Positions 1 through 9,819 of a stretch of DNA of 29,659 nt are shown piece after piece. Source of the stretch: an uncultured virus (IMG/VR IMGVR_UViG_3300030339_000017) (lineage: Duplodnaviria; Heunggongvirae; Uroviricota; Caudoviricetes); the IMG/VR virus record IMGVR_UViG_3300030339_000017; one strand, written 5' to 3'. The notes below the pieces were generated by a model. That model had not been told where the DNA came from and did not search any database. It saw only the letters and a program-made list of their open reading frames with translations. Positions within the stretch are counted from its first letter, which is position 1. Each line of letters begins with the position of its first letter. Position numbers and translations under genes: made by a program.

Positions 1-3000
1 CTCATCATTAAATAACTTATTTAAAGAAGGAAATAATTCAGATACTCTAATATCATTATTATTATCATCAACTAAATGCGTTTTATCTAACGTCCAGTGT
101 AGATTATTTTTTATAAATTCTTTTATTGCAGAAACTCCTTTCTCGGTAGGGACTTCATCAAATAGAATTGAGTTGCCACCGATTACCAATGATGACGAAT
201 TTTCATCAATATAGAATTGTTTAGAAAGAAGAAATCCTTTGTCCTTAGCTCTCTCTTCACTTACTATAGTTTTTTGACCAAAGTTAATAAGCTTCTCTAG
301 CATATATTCTGGAGAAATACCAGTCTCAACTTCTTTGCCACCTTTTATTGGATTTCCATTTTCATCTCCAATAATGCCTTTTACATTATTATCTCTAAAT
401 CCAGGAAGTAGTTTGTTTACAAAATCTATTACACTTGAGTCTTCTCTACTAAATTGTTTCAAGTTGACATGAACTGGTCTTTCTTTTCCGTCTCCATTAC
501 CATCTACCATTAAGTAGACATTACCGGTATTAGATTCCATAGTCTCTCTACCGATCCTAGTACCATAAGCATCCATAAGTTCATTGAACCCATCAACACC
601 CATTCCTATTCTCAACCTAGTAGACTTAGACGACACTAAAGACCAATCTGTTTTTCCATCAATTTTCTGTATTCCAAAACCAGGTATCTCATCTATATTT
701 CTTTGCTTATGTATAGAATATGTACTACCATCTTCATTTGTTCTTATTTCCTCTTCTTTTATAGTTGCGTTTATTCCATTTACTAAAGTAATAGAAGTAG
801 CAACCAATTTTCTAGGAGTATCAGACATTCTATTTACTGGAAGTATATATAAATCAATTATATTCCTTCTAAGCGTGTTTAATTCTTCAATATCCGATGA
901 TGTGGGACTAGATTCACCAACTCTGACTGGAGCTAATGGATCTCTGACTAGTGCTAAATACTCCCCTTCATGAGGACCTCCAGCCTTAGTTATTTTTACA
1001 AATATCTTAGCTAATGGGTATGTAGTATCGTGACCAGGAGTAAATATATTATTATCATCTCCACCCACATGTATTTCAAAAGTGCAACCAGATAACGCAT
1101 CTTTAGAATTAAGCATATCGCCTAATTGCTTAGCACTTCTGAATCCTTTCTTGTCTTTTGATAGGCTTTTAAATGATTTTGCAGCAGAATCTGAAAATTC
1201 GCCAAAGAACAGCCTACTGGCTCTAAATGCGCTTTTACTTGGATCTGCTTGATCTATTTGCACTTTTACTGACTCTTCTTTAGTTGCTTCAGATGAAGAA
1301 TTGGATCCGGCTATTGTGATATCCTGAATATCATCTGGATGAGCTAATTTTAGGTTGTTCATCGCATTTTCGGCATCTACAGCATCCTTTTCATTTATAT
1401 CAGGAATATATTCATCACTAATTAATGGAATATCTGAAGAATCTTCAGTTGAAACCGACTCAATAGAAGGAGTTATTGGAGTATTTTCATTCTCAAATGC
1501 AGACTCTCTCTCATTAGGCTCTCCAAGTGGTATATCTGGAACTGATTTTGGCTTAGTTTCATCTACAGGAGGGATAGTATTTTTTAAATTATCTATGCTA
1601 GAATCTTCTGTAGGGACTGAATCTTGTTTAATTGGCTCAGTTGGCTTAACTTGTTCTTCTGGAACTATAGGTTCTGAAGTTTTATTTCCAAGTATATATT
1701 CTGATTGAACAGTCTGTACTTTTGTTCCAGGAGATGATACTGCAAATGTAGATGCAATATCATGATTATCTTTAAATGAGTTTAATGATTCCTCCTTTTG
1801 ATTGGCGACTGTGCTATCGGCTGATTCAGCAGCTCTAGAATCTCTATAATCATCTAACTTCTCTGATACAAATTTATCATGAGCATCAGAACTCATTCTT
1901 ATATACGAGGAGCTACCATCCTTTTTGTACTTTAAATCGTACCCAAGGAATTTGCCTTGCATCAGTGTATCATATAAAGTACCAGCCTTAGCTGCAATAT
2001 GCTTAGCTACAGCGGTTTTATATTCATCAGACACACTAGTTATAGGAGCATCTTTTATTTCATCAAGAGACAAATCATTTTCTTTCAGTAAAGAATGTAA
2101 TTCACTAGAGGTATTTACTAAATCAGATACTAGGCCTCTACCATACAATACATTCTTAGTACTAGCATATCCAGTACCGCCATTTTCTTTTTCATTAGAG
2201 TCATTAGCACTTTTATCTTCTATTAACTGTCTAATTATATCAGCTCTATTGCTTAATGAGAATATCTTTTTCTTAGTAAAATCATCTATTGTACTGAAGA
2301 CTGCATCTTTTTCAGAATTTTCAGATTTATCTATTTTTAGATTGTCTAAATAATCTCCATATCCAATATTATTTGAATATTCTTTTGATTCTAATTGTTG
2401 ATAGTTAGCTTTTTGATTCTCTACTTCGTTTTCGGAAAGCTCAAGACTTCTTCTGTGATCCATTATAAGTCCAGTAAGAAGTTTATGGTCATCAGAACCA
2501 TATGCACCGGTCTTTTTTACATATCTTAATACGTTCTTGTCATTTGCAGTAGATAAAGTTTCTTTTGCAATTTCTAATTCATCGCTAATGTCTTTGCTGG
2601 TATATCCTTCTGGGGGATTTTTAACTAATTCCTCCATGTATTTTAAGACATGAGCAGCCTTGTCCTTTGTTGCGGCGCTAACGTATATTTTAGATTTCTC
2701 AATTCTCATGTCAGAATCGATATTATCTCCAGCGACTCCAGCTACGAATGAATTATTCTTGCTTAATTGCCCATTATTAAAGTCTGTACTTATATTACTT
2801 TGTAACGGTTTATCGGAAGTAGTATTTTTATTTGAGAAATCTACATTTGAGTCTACAAATTCTTTTGCCGACCTAGCTCTAGCATTATCAATTAAGGTAT
2901 GTGGAATATTCTTTATACCACCCAATAGTGGCATAGCAAGACTCATAACGACACCACCTATACCGGCATCATTAAGATTATTTCTATTTATGTATCTATT

Positions 3001-5346
3001 ATCATTAGTGATACCGGCAGCAGTAGCTATACCGCCAATTGGAGCAGCGTATCCATCTATCAAAGACCCTATTACCGATGAGTTATTAGTAGTATTATTA
3101 TTTACATAATTGGTACCATTTACATATTTACCAGCCTGTTCTAAGTACTGTAACGTAGCATCTGCGGCGGTCATCTGAGCAATACTTACGTACGGAGCTA
3201 CTTTATTCTGTAGCATCTTTATAGCAGAGTTTGTATATAGTTGTCTAGCTGCGTTTATTTTAGATAAAGATGCTATTGGCATTTGTGCATCTTGAACTAT
3301 ATTTCCAGCCTCATCGAACAATTCCTTTCCTGCAGACTTTTCAATAGCATTCCCTAGTGTACTTTTTATAAATGCACCGCCAGGAGTGACTGCAAGTGCA
3401 GTTTGTATATATCCACCTAATGAGTATACAAAGTCCCTGGCTTTAAGTTCATCTAACCCAGATGTAGAATTTTTGTATGCTCGCTTAAATCCATCGTCAT
3501 TGAATCCAACTGATCCAGTATTAATCGCAGAAGCAAGAGCGTATTTAGTTCCAGGAGTGATTGCTCCAGTTTTATCATATTCCTCTTTTGCTTTATCTAC
3601 AATATTAGATTGTCCATTATCATTTATTTTTGATAGTAACTCAGAATCACTTCTATCTGATATAGGAGATCCAAGTTTGTTATCTAATAAATATTTGTTT
3701 ATTTTTTGTACTGAATAATTTGCTACTTCAAGATTATCCATTTTTACTCTTTGATATGCATTAGATGCTAAATTAACACCAGTAGTGAGTCCATTTATTA
3801 TAGACGCTGGTATTTCTTCCTCCGGAGCCAATAATGTAGCACCAAAGTTAAGTGCAGCATTAGCAGCGATAGTTCCGACCTGAGCTCCGACCATAGACGC
3901 CATAGCCCCTGCCATATCTCCTAATCCATACAAATTACTTCCCTCTGATAACTTTTGTTCGAAGTACTCAGACGGTTTGTCTCTATAGTTTATGTTGTCA
4001 GTATACTTTGCAATCTTTAGATTGTTCTCTTGAGTCTTATCCTGTATTTGTTTGTTTACTGAGCTAAATGCTGCTTGTTTTCCGAATTGAGGCAAATTTA
4101 TGTTAGTTGCAATATCTTGTATAGACGGCAATTCTGTTGCAGAACTTCCATTAGGAGTTCCAATCGGCTCCATCCAGTCGTGATATGCATTAGTAGCAGT
4201 AGATTTAATAAATCCATCATTACTGAAGTTTCTTTTTGCATCTAAATAGTTTTTTAATGTACCGGAAAGAGCAATATGTGCAGCTCTAAATTGTTTTGGT
4301 ACATCTGATAACCCTGGAAGGTCATTAGAGCCTGTCTCTAGCTCTTTTAAGGCCATATCTCCTACGACTGGTATATTTGCTAGATTAGTCTTCTTTCCAT
4401 CTAAAATAAAAGGGAATTGGGCTCTATTGGCTACGTCTCTTTCGTATGGAGTAAGTTCTGAATTTAATCTGCTTTTATATTTATCAGCCTCCTCATCGTT
4501 TGATGGTAATGCTTTAGTAAGTAAATCTTTTGCTCCAGATAATAGACTAGTTATTCCTAGTCCCCTTGATATTGGATTATCCAATAATGGAGATTGTTTT
4601 GTTGGATCATTTTTATGCTGATCATAATGTTCTGCCATAGGGATTACAGACCCAATAGCACTTAATGGACCTAATGCATCATATGTTTTATCTACATGTC
4701 TAGCTGGATCTTTTTGCCAACTACTAAGCCAATCTAAATACTCTTTAGAATTTGGAGTGTTAGTTATCTCATCCTGTAGTGAATTTACGGAATGAGCCTG
4801 AATTGCATTTTGATAATTAATGCCCTCAGCATCTCCTCTCCAAAATGAATCAAATGAATTCTGAGCTGATATAGCACTTCCGGATGTCCAATCCCACATC
4901 TTTTTAGACGCTTTTATAGGATTAGATGCCCAATCTGGAATAGCATATGCTATATCTGCAATTCTACTTTGTCTCCTTTGGTCTTGCAGCCAACTCGTAC
5001 CAAATTGAGAGTCGTTGGCATCATTATACTTTGGAGTAGAAGCATCTGAATTTAATATATCAGATGGAGACTTCATTATTAGAGCTCCTAAATCACCAGT
5101 CACAGACATAGATGACTTTCCATTGGTATCTAATCCTGTGACTGGATCTAATGCTAAAGCGGCCCCTTTTTGTTCTGGATCTTGAACAGGTGCGGATTCG
5201 GTCTGCTGATTGTAATTTAATTTATCAACAGACTCACTAAGAGCATTTGCACTTGAAAGAAGTCCTCCTGGTGTACTATCAGAGTTCAATAATTGTTTAT
5301 AATCAGAACTATAATTTGGAGTATTTTTAGTAGTATTTCTTGGCAT
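1..5346 (-). CDS. Giant virion cargo (ejected) protein, crAss001 gp47-like, >=1782 aa, 3' end beyond window
   Basis: Not in the ORF track (no stop inside the window). ATG at 5346 (MPRNTTKNTPNYSSDYKQLL...), 8 nt after the upstream stop; I read the frame open to position 1 (...NNLHWTLDKTHLV...LNKLFNDE). Gly/Ala-rich hydrophobic segments near 3830-3925 and 2920-3050; acidic Pro/Glu/Ser linker near 1270-1700. Position after muzzle and two cargo genes matches the large ejected/RNAP-associated proteins of Crassvirales. Confidence 0.8.
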   Translation of the reverse strand, partial: MPRNTTKNTPNYSSDYKQLLNSDSTPGGLLSSANALSESVDKLNYNQQTESAPVQDPEQKGAALALDPVTGLDTNGKSSMSVTGDLGALIMKSPSDILNSDASTPKYNDANDSQFGTSWLQDQRRQSRIADIAYAIPDWASNPIKASKKMWDWTSGSAISAQNSFDSFWRGDAEGINYQNAIQAHSVNSLQDEITNTPNSKEYLDWLSSWQKDPARHVDKTYDALGPLSAIGSVIPMAEHYDQHKNDPTKQSPLLDNPISRGLGITSLLSGAKDLLTKALPSNDEEADKYKSRLNSELTPYERDVANRAQFPFILDGKKTNLANIPVVGDMALKELETGSNDLPGLSDVPKQFRAAHIALSGTLKNYLDAKRNFSNDGFIKSTATNAYHDWMEPIGTPNGSSATELPSIQDIATNINLPQFGKQAAFSSVNKQIQDKTQENNLKIAKYTDNINYRDKPSEYFEQKLSEGSNLYGLGDMAGAMASMVGAQVGTIAANAALNFGATLLAPEEEIPASIINGLTTGVNLASNAYQRVKMDNLEVANYSVQKINKYLLDNKLGSPISDRSDSELLSKINDNGQSNIVDKAKEEYDKTGAITPGTKYALASAINTGSVGFNDDGFKRAYKNSTSGLDELKARDFVYSLGGYIQTALAVTPGGAFIKSTLGNAIEKSAGKELFDEAGNIVQDAQMPIASLSKINAARQLYTNSAIKMLQNKVAPYVSIAQMTAADATLQYLEQAGKYVNGTNYVNNNTTNNSSVIGSLIDGYAAPIGGIATAAGITNDNRYINRNNLNDAGIGGVVMSLAMPLLGGIKNIPHTLIDNARARSAKEFVDSNVDFSNKNTTSDKPLQSNISTDFNNGQLSKNNSFVAGVAGDNIDSDMRIEKSKIYVSAATKDKAAHVLKYMEELVKNPPEGYTSKDISDELEIAKETLSTANDKNVLRYVKKTGAYGSDDHKLLTGLIMDHRRSLELSENEVENQKANYQQLESKEYSNNIGYGDYLDNLKIDKSENSEKDAVFSTIDDFTKKKIFSLSNRADIIRQLIEDKSANDSNEKENGGTGYASTKNVLYGRGLVSDLVNTSSELHSLLKENDLSLDEIKDAPITSVSDEYKTAVAKHIAAKAGTLYDTLMQGKFLGYDLKYKKDGSSSYIRMSSDAHDKFVSEKLDDYRDSRAAESADSTVANQKEESLNSFKDNHDIASTFAVSSPGTKVQTVQSEYILGNKTSEPIVPEEQVKPTEPIKQDSVPTEDSSIDNLKNTIPPVDETKPKSVPDIPLGEPNERESAFENENTPITPSIESVSTEDSSDIPLISDEYIPDINEKDAVDAENAMNNLKLAHPDDIQDITIAGSNSSSEATKEESVKVQIDQADPSKSAFRASRLFFGEFSDSAAKSFKSLSKDKKGFRSAKQLGDMLNSKDALSGCTFEIHVGGDDNNIFTPGHDTTYPLAKIFVKITKAGGPHEGEYLALVRDPLAPVRVGESSPTSSDIEELNTLRRNIIDLYILPVNRMSDTPRKLVATSITLVNGINATIKEEEIRTNEDGSTYSIHKQRNIDEIPGFGIQKIDGKTDWSLVSSKSTRLRIGMGVDGFNELMDAYGTRIGRETMESNTGNVYLMVDGNGDGKERPVHVNLKQFSREDSSVIDFVNKLLPGFRDNNVKGIIGDENGNPIKGGKEVETGISPEYMLEKLINFGQKTIVSEERAKDKGFLLSKQFYIDENSSSLVIGGNSILFDEVPTEKGVSAIKEFIKNNLHWTLDKTHLVDDNNNDIRVSELFPSLNKLFNDE

Positions 5347-5354
5347 CTTTATTA

Positions 5355-7346
5355 TTATTTATATCCTTTTTGGTTAGAAGTAACTTTCACTCTAGAATCC
5401 ATTGTAGCGGCTTTCCATGTGCCTGGTTCTAATGATGGATTTTCGTATGAAACTGTAGATGGAATTCTATAATAGTCATCAACTACTATAGGAGCCCCAG
5501 TAGCATCTGTTTTTCTAACAACTTGTTCGTCTGATAATAATCCAGACTGTTTTAATTTGCTTATTCTAGACTCTAGTTCTTTTTCACTAGCTTTATTTCC
5601 TTTATCCGCAGCTAGATTTGGGAATAATCTACTTTCTAAATCACCCTTAGATACCAATAAGGTTCCAAGCCCATTTATTTTTGGATTACCAGATATTCCA
5701 CTAGAAGTAGCCATACCCTTACCGTTTGGCTCAAATACAGACTTATTACTTAACGCCCCGGCTGATATAAGACCATTCAACCTGGCCACATCTGAAGATG
5801 GATTGGATTTAGCTGATATCATTCTGCCACTAGAAGGATCTACTATATTGAAAATAGAAGAATTTCTAACTGAATAGACTGTTGAGTTAATATTGCTTTT
5901 TGTATTTACTGTATGCCCTTTTCCAAGAGTCTGTTGTAATTGACCATCGATATATTCAGGAGCTAAGTCTACGTGAGACATACTAGCTAAATCATCTTTA
6001 CTGAATATGGATTTGGGAGCATTTGCAGCCTGTACTGGATTTTCAGCAAGAAACTTATGAGACTGTACTAGACTTTCAAAAGCAGGTTTAACTTGATTAA
6101 ACTTATCTTGTAATGAAGCATTATTTCTTTGCTCTTTTGACAATTCCTGTAGCAACACTTGTTTATGCGAAGGATCAACTCCTTGACCTGCACTCCCTAG
6201 AGCATTTATCTCTGCAGCAAGTTGATTTATTTTATTAGTAGAAGACGTTAAATTAAGTCTATAATGCGCATAATCAGATCCAACTTTTCCCATAGGATTT
6301 TTCACGCTAATCGATGAAGTTCCGTCTGGATTTTTTGCTATATAGCTTGATACTAATTTACCATCAACATAATGACTTTCTATTAGTTTATTATATGCAG
6401 CATCTACTGAATTTTGAGACACTTGATTATTTGCAGCTATACCTTGTTGTGCATTTAATGATGTGGGTGGAACTTCAGGAGTATCTAATGCGTGTTTTCT
6501 TAATGTATTTCTCCATTCAAGTCCACTCCTATAGTTAGCCATCCATGCTTCATTTACACTTTTATGAGTAAATAGTTTATCCTGGCCTACCTCTCTACCA
6601 AGCCCAAATACTGCTTTATCTACATTTAAATATCTTTGTCCTGTATTCGGGTCTGTATCGTAATAACTTGGATTTAATTGACCATTTTTATCCATTTGGT
6701 CTATCTTAGCCAATAATACTGGATTGCTTTTTAAAGTCTCAACCTGAGGGGCAAGTATCTTATCTAGATGTTCTTGAGTCCATCCATTTAAATCATACTC
6801 TCCATTCTTTGTAGTACCTAAATCCGTTCCTTCTGGATGCAATTTATCTAGAGTTGGCTTATATATCTCATTTACATCTTGATATGGCATATTAGTCTCT
6901 CCGAATACACCATCTGTAGCTGTATTGTGATTTAATACCTTATTTCTTTCGTAGTCTCCCCATCTTGGATCTGATTTCTTCATAAAATCATTTGCAGCCT
7001 GAGCAGACGCCAGAAGATTTGCGGCTAATGGATTAGACTGCATCTTTCTAGTCATGCTTTTAAGTTGCGACTGAACCATAGGGTCTTTTAATGCGTCTGG
7101 ATTCGTTAGATTCTTGTTAACAAAATCTGCATATGGACCATACACATTTGAAGCCCATGTAGCTTTATCAGCAGATATTGGGGTATTTAAAGAAGAATAC
7201 TTAGCGTTATTATCGTCTTCTAATGCTTGAGACTGATCCAAATTCTTTTGTGCCTGCTCGGCTATCCCATATAGATTATTAAATTGTATAGGAACGTAAG
7301 TATTAATAAATTGAGCCTGTGCTGGACTATCGTATAAATTTACCAT
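5355..7346 (-). CDS. Virion cargo protein (crAss001 gp46-like), 663 aa
   Basis: N-terminus MVNLYDSPAQAQFINTYVPIQFNNLY resembles the NxYD...NTYVPIxF start of the protein following cargo protein 1 in crAss-like phages; start overlaps upstream stop (ATGGTAA). Confidence 0.7.
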   Translation of the reverse strand: MVNLYDSPAQAQFINTYVPIQFNNLYGIAEQAQKNLDQSQALEDDNNAKYSSLNTPISADKATWASNVYGPYADFVNKNLTNPDALKDPMVQSQLKSMTRKMQSNPLAANLLASAQAANDFMKKSDPRWGDYERNKVLNHNTATDGVFGETNMPYQDVNEIYKPTLDKLHPEGTDLGTTKNGEYDLNGWTQEHLDKILAPQVETLKSNPVLLAKIDQMDKNGQLNPSYYDTDPNTGQRYLNVDKAVFGLGREVGQDKLFTHKSVNEAWMANYRSGLEWRNTLRKHALDTPEVPPTSLNAQQGIAANNQVSQNSVDAAYNKLIESHYVDGKLVSSYIAKNPDGTSSISVKNPMGKVGSDYAHYRLNLTSSTNKINQLAAEINALGSAGQGVDPSHKQVLLQELSKEQRNNASLQDKFNQVKPAFESLVQSHKFLAENPVQAANAPKSIFSKDDLASMSHVDLAPEYIDGQLQQTLGKGHTVNTKSNINSTVYSVRNSSIFNIVDPSSGRMISAKSNPSSDVARLNGLISAGALSNKSVFEPNGKGMATSSGISGNPKINGLGTLLVSKGDLESRLFPNLAADKGNKASEKELESRISKLKQSGLLSDEQVVRKTDATGAPIVVDDYYRIPSTVSYENPSLEPGTWKAATMDSRVKVTSNQKGYK

Positions 7347-9817
7347 TGTGAATTTGAATAACTATTTAACATATTAGTAATTGTAGCCAATCTTTTTGGA
7401 TCTAAGGACTGATTTGCATATGTCCCCCATATATTAGAATTTAATAAGTCAGCTCTTTTCTGATTAGCCATCAACTGTCTTGTTTGTCCGTACTGACTAA
7501 GCATTTGAGCATTTGCAGATTGAAGATTTCTAGACGCAGCTCTATTCCTTGAATTCAAGTCGTATATTCTTCTATTCTCATTTGCATTTTGTTCTGCATT
7601 CTGATTGTATCTGTTAGCGTATTGGTCTTTATATTGATTATTTGCATTTTCAGCAGTATTCATTATATTTGAAGTCTGTTCAACCCCACCAGTATAAGCG
7701 TCTCTTCCATATGCCATATCAGCGCCTGTATTAGTATTTAAACTAGCATTATTAAATCTACTTATCTGTCTTTGTCTAGTAGACTCAGCCAATTGAGGAG
7801 CAATGTTATATCTCTGATTTGGATTTATAAAGTCACTATATACTGGACTTGCTACCTCGGGTGCACTATTATGCGCATTATAAGCTAATGGAGCCAGAGA
7901 CATTAATGAGTTGCCTATACCACTTAGTTTTCCTCCGATACCAGACGCTAAATTATTGACTGTAGGGCTACTTGGATTAGCAGAATTGACTGAAGAAGTA
8001 GATTGCCCTGCGCTTTGCGAATAAGAAGGTGTGCTATTATACTGTGGATACATATCGTAATTAGCTCCACTAGATGTAGAATTAAATTTTGGATATAAAT
8101 CACTATTTGTATTCACATATGACATAGGGTTAGTTGGATTTGATATAGAGGGAACTCCTACAGCTGGTTGAATTTTCGATATAGTCTGTCCAGATGGAGT
8201 AACAATATTGCCTGTTCCAGCCCCATACGTTTGTCCAGACATTGCATTATTTCTAGTTTCACTAACTACTTTTGATGCAGGATTTATAGACTGCTGTTGA
8301 GTTGGCTGTTGGCTTTGAGCCGGAGTAACCTGAGGGGTCACCGGAGTGGAAATAGGAGTTTGAACAGCAGGATTGTTTAACGTCTGTTGAGGATTAGTTA
8401 TTGGTTGAGTAGCCTTCACTGTAGGAGTATACTGGCCAGGGGTTTTAATGCTCATCGCGTACCCATTTTTCCATATAACATTTGGATGGGCATCCATCTC
8501 TTCTTGAGTAGCTATTCCTGGATGGTCCCAGGTATCAATTTTTGGATCTCCCATATCATATCTGGGCAACTTTTTATTTGCTCCATATGACATATTTGGA
8601 AGTTGTTGACCAGGAATTATTGCCTGGGGTTGAGGTATTTGATTAGGCGTAGGAACTTGAGGCTGAGGATTTATTAATGAATTAAATTGATTTAAATTCT
8701 CTGACTGTTTTTGTATATTTCTTTGATTTAACTTGGCAGTAAGTATATCTAATTTACTTCTTCTATCATCTCCTTGTTTTGGATTTAATATCTCATTACT
8801 ATGATTTTGTACCTTCTCTAGTTTGGCAACTATATCAGCCGGAGTACTTTTACCTCCAGGGAGTACTTGTTCCTTATTTTTAGAATACACCGAGGAGCCT
8901 GGAGTTAATACTGCGGGAACCGTATCTGGGTTTGATGGACTGTATTGTCCCGGAACAGTTGATATTTGCCCAGTAAGTCCATCTCTAATACCTTCTTCTT
9001 TAGCCACCATAGCATTTGGTCTAGGCGTTGAAACTACTCCCTTATTATAATTCTCTCTTTTAGTTAATCCTATCAATCCTGGCAATGTACCACTAAATGA
9101 TGACGCCCCTTTATTTAATCCAGGAACTCTAGGGTTGACTTGTGTTGATAGGTCATTCTGAGCTTGTATTTGATTAGATATATTGTTATTAGTAGATATG
9201 ATTGAATTTATCTTTGCCTTCCTCTCAGCGCTCCTCTGAGCGGCAGCGGCCCTATCTGAGTCAAGCAATCCCATAACTCCTCCTACCACAGCACCTCCGG
9301 CTGCTCCCCATGGACCCAATGCCGCTCCCATAGATGCATATTTACCCGCATCTCCAAGAATATTACCAGCATAACTACCGGCACTAGTTGCATCAGAATT
9401 CTTTAGTAAACCTCCAATGCCAGTGGCTATACCTCCATATGCAGATACAGCCGATGGATCTAAAAGATTTATTCCTCCTTTTGTAGTATCAGTTCCATCA
9501 TCATAAGAAGGAAGTTTGTCTGCTGGAACCATTTTCTTTGATTCTAGAATTGGCTCTCCAGCCTCAAACCCAGTACCAAACTTAGGGTTTAATTGTATCT
9601 GCTTATGAAATTCACTGGATGTAATAGGAATTTGCCTGCCAGTACTATCTATATATGCTCCATTATAATCATATACTGGAACCATTTTTACTGGTCTTTT
9701 CATTGAAACAGTAACGTTTGGCAGATCCTGCCCTTTAAACTCTCCACCATTATCAAACTTTGGTAATTTACTTTTAGAAGCAACTTTAGGCTTCATATTT
9801 TTATTAATTTTATTCAT
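7340..9817 (-). CDS. Cargo protein 1 (crAss001 gp45-like) ejected protein with glycine-rich transmembrane hairpin, 825 aa
   Basis: Directly downstream of muzzle; GGIATGIGGLL and MGAALGPWGAAGGAVVGGVMGLL hydrophobic segments; PNAMVAKEEGIR...PDTV...VYS block; Q/P/S/T low-complexity middle; Asn/Gln/Ala-rich helical C-terminus. Confidence 0.72.
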   Translation of the reverse strand: MNKINKNMKPKVASKSKLPKFDNGGEFKGQDLPNVTVSMKRPVKMVPVYDYNGAYIDSTGRQIPITSSEFHKQIQLNPKFGTGFEAGEPILESKKMVPADKLPSYDDGTDTTKGGINLLDPSAVSAYGGIATGIGGLLKNSDATSAGSYAGNILGDAGKYASMGAALGPWGAAGGAVVGGVMGLLDSDRAAAAQRSAERKAKINSIISTNNNISNQIQAQNDLSTQVNPRVPGLNKGASSFSGTLPGLIGLTKRENYNKGVVSTPRPNAMVAKEEGIRDGLTGQISTVPGQYSPSNPDTVPAVLTPGSSVYSKNKEQVLPGGKSTPADIVAKLEKVQNHSNEILNPKQGDDRRSKLDILTAKLNQRNIQKQSENLNQFNSLINPQPQVPTPNQIPQPQAIIPGQQLPNMSYGANKKLPRYDMGDPKIDTWDHPGIATQEEMDAHPNVIWKNGYAMSIKTPGQYTPTVKATQPITNPQQTLNNPAVQTPISTPVTPQVTPAQSQQPTQQQSINPASKVVSETRNNAMSGQTYGAGTGNIVTPSGQTISKIQPAVGVPSISNPTNPMSYVNTNSDLYPKFNSTSSGANYDMYPQYNSTPSYSQSAGQSTSSVNSANPSSPTVNNLASGIGGKLSGIGNSLMSLAPLAYNAHNSAPEVASPVYSDFINPNQRYNIAPQLAESTRQRQISRFNNASLNTNTGADMAYGRDAYTGGVEQTSNIMNTAENANNQYKDQYANRYNQNAEQNANENRRIYDLNSRNRAASRNLQSANAQMLSQYGQTRQLMANQKRADLLNSNIWGTYANQSLDPKRLATITNMLNSYSNSQW

Positions 9818-9819
9818 CT

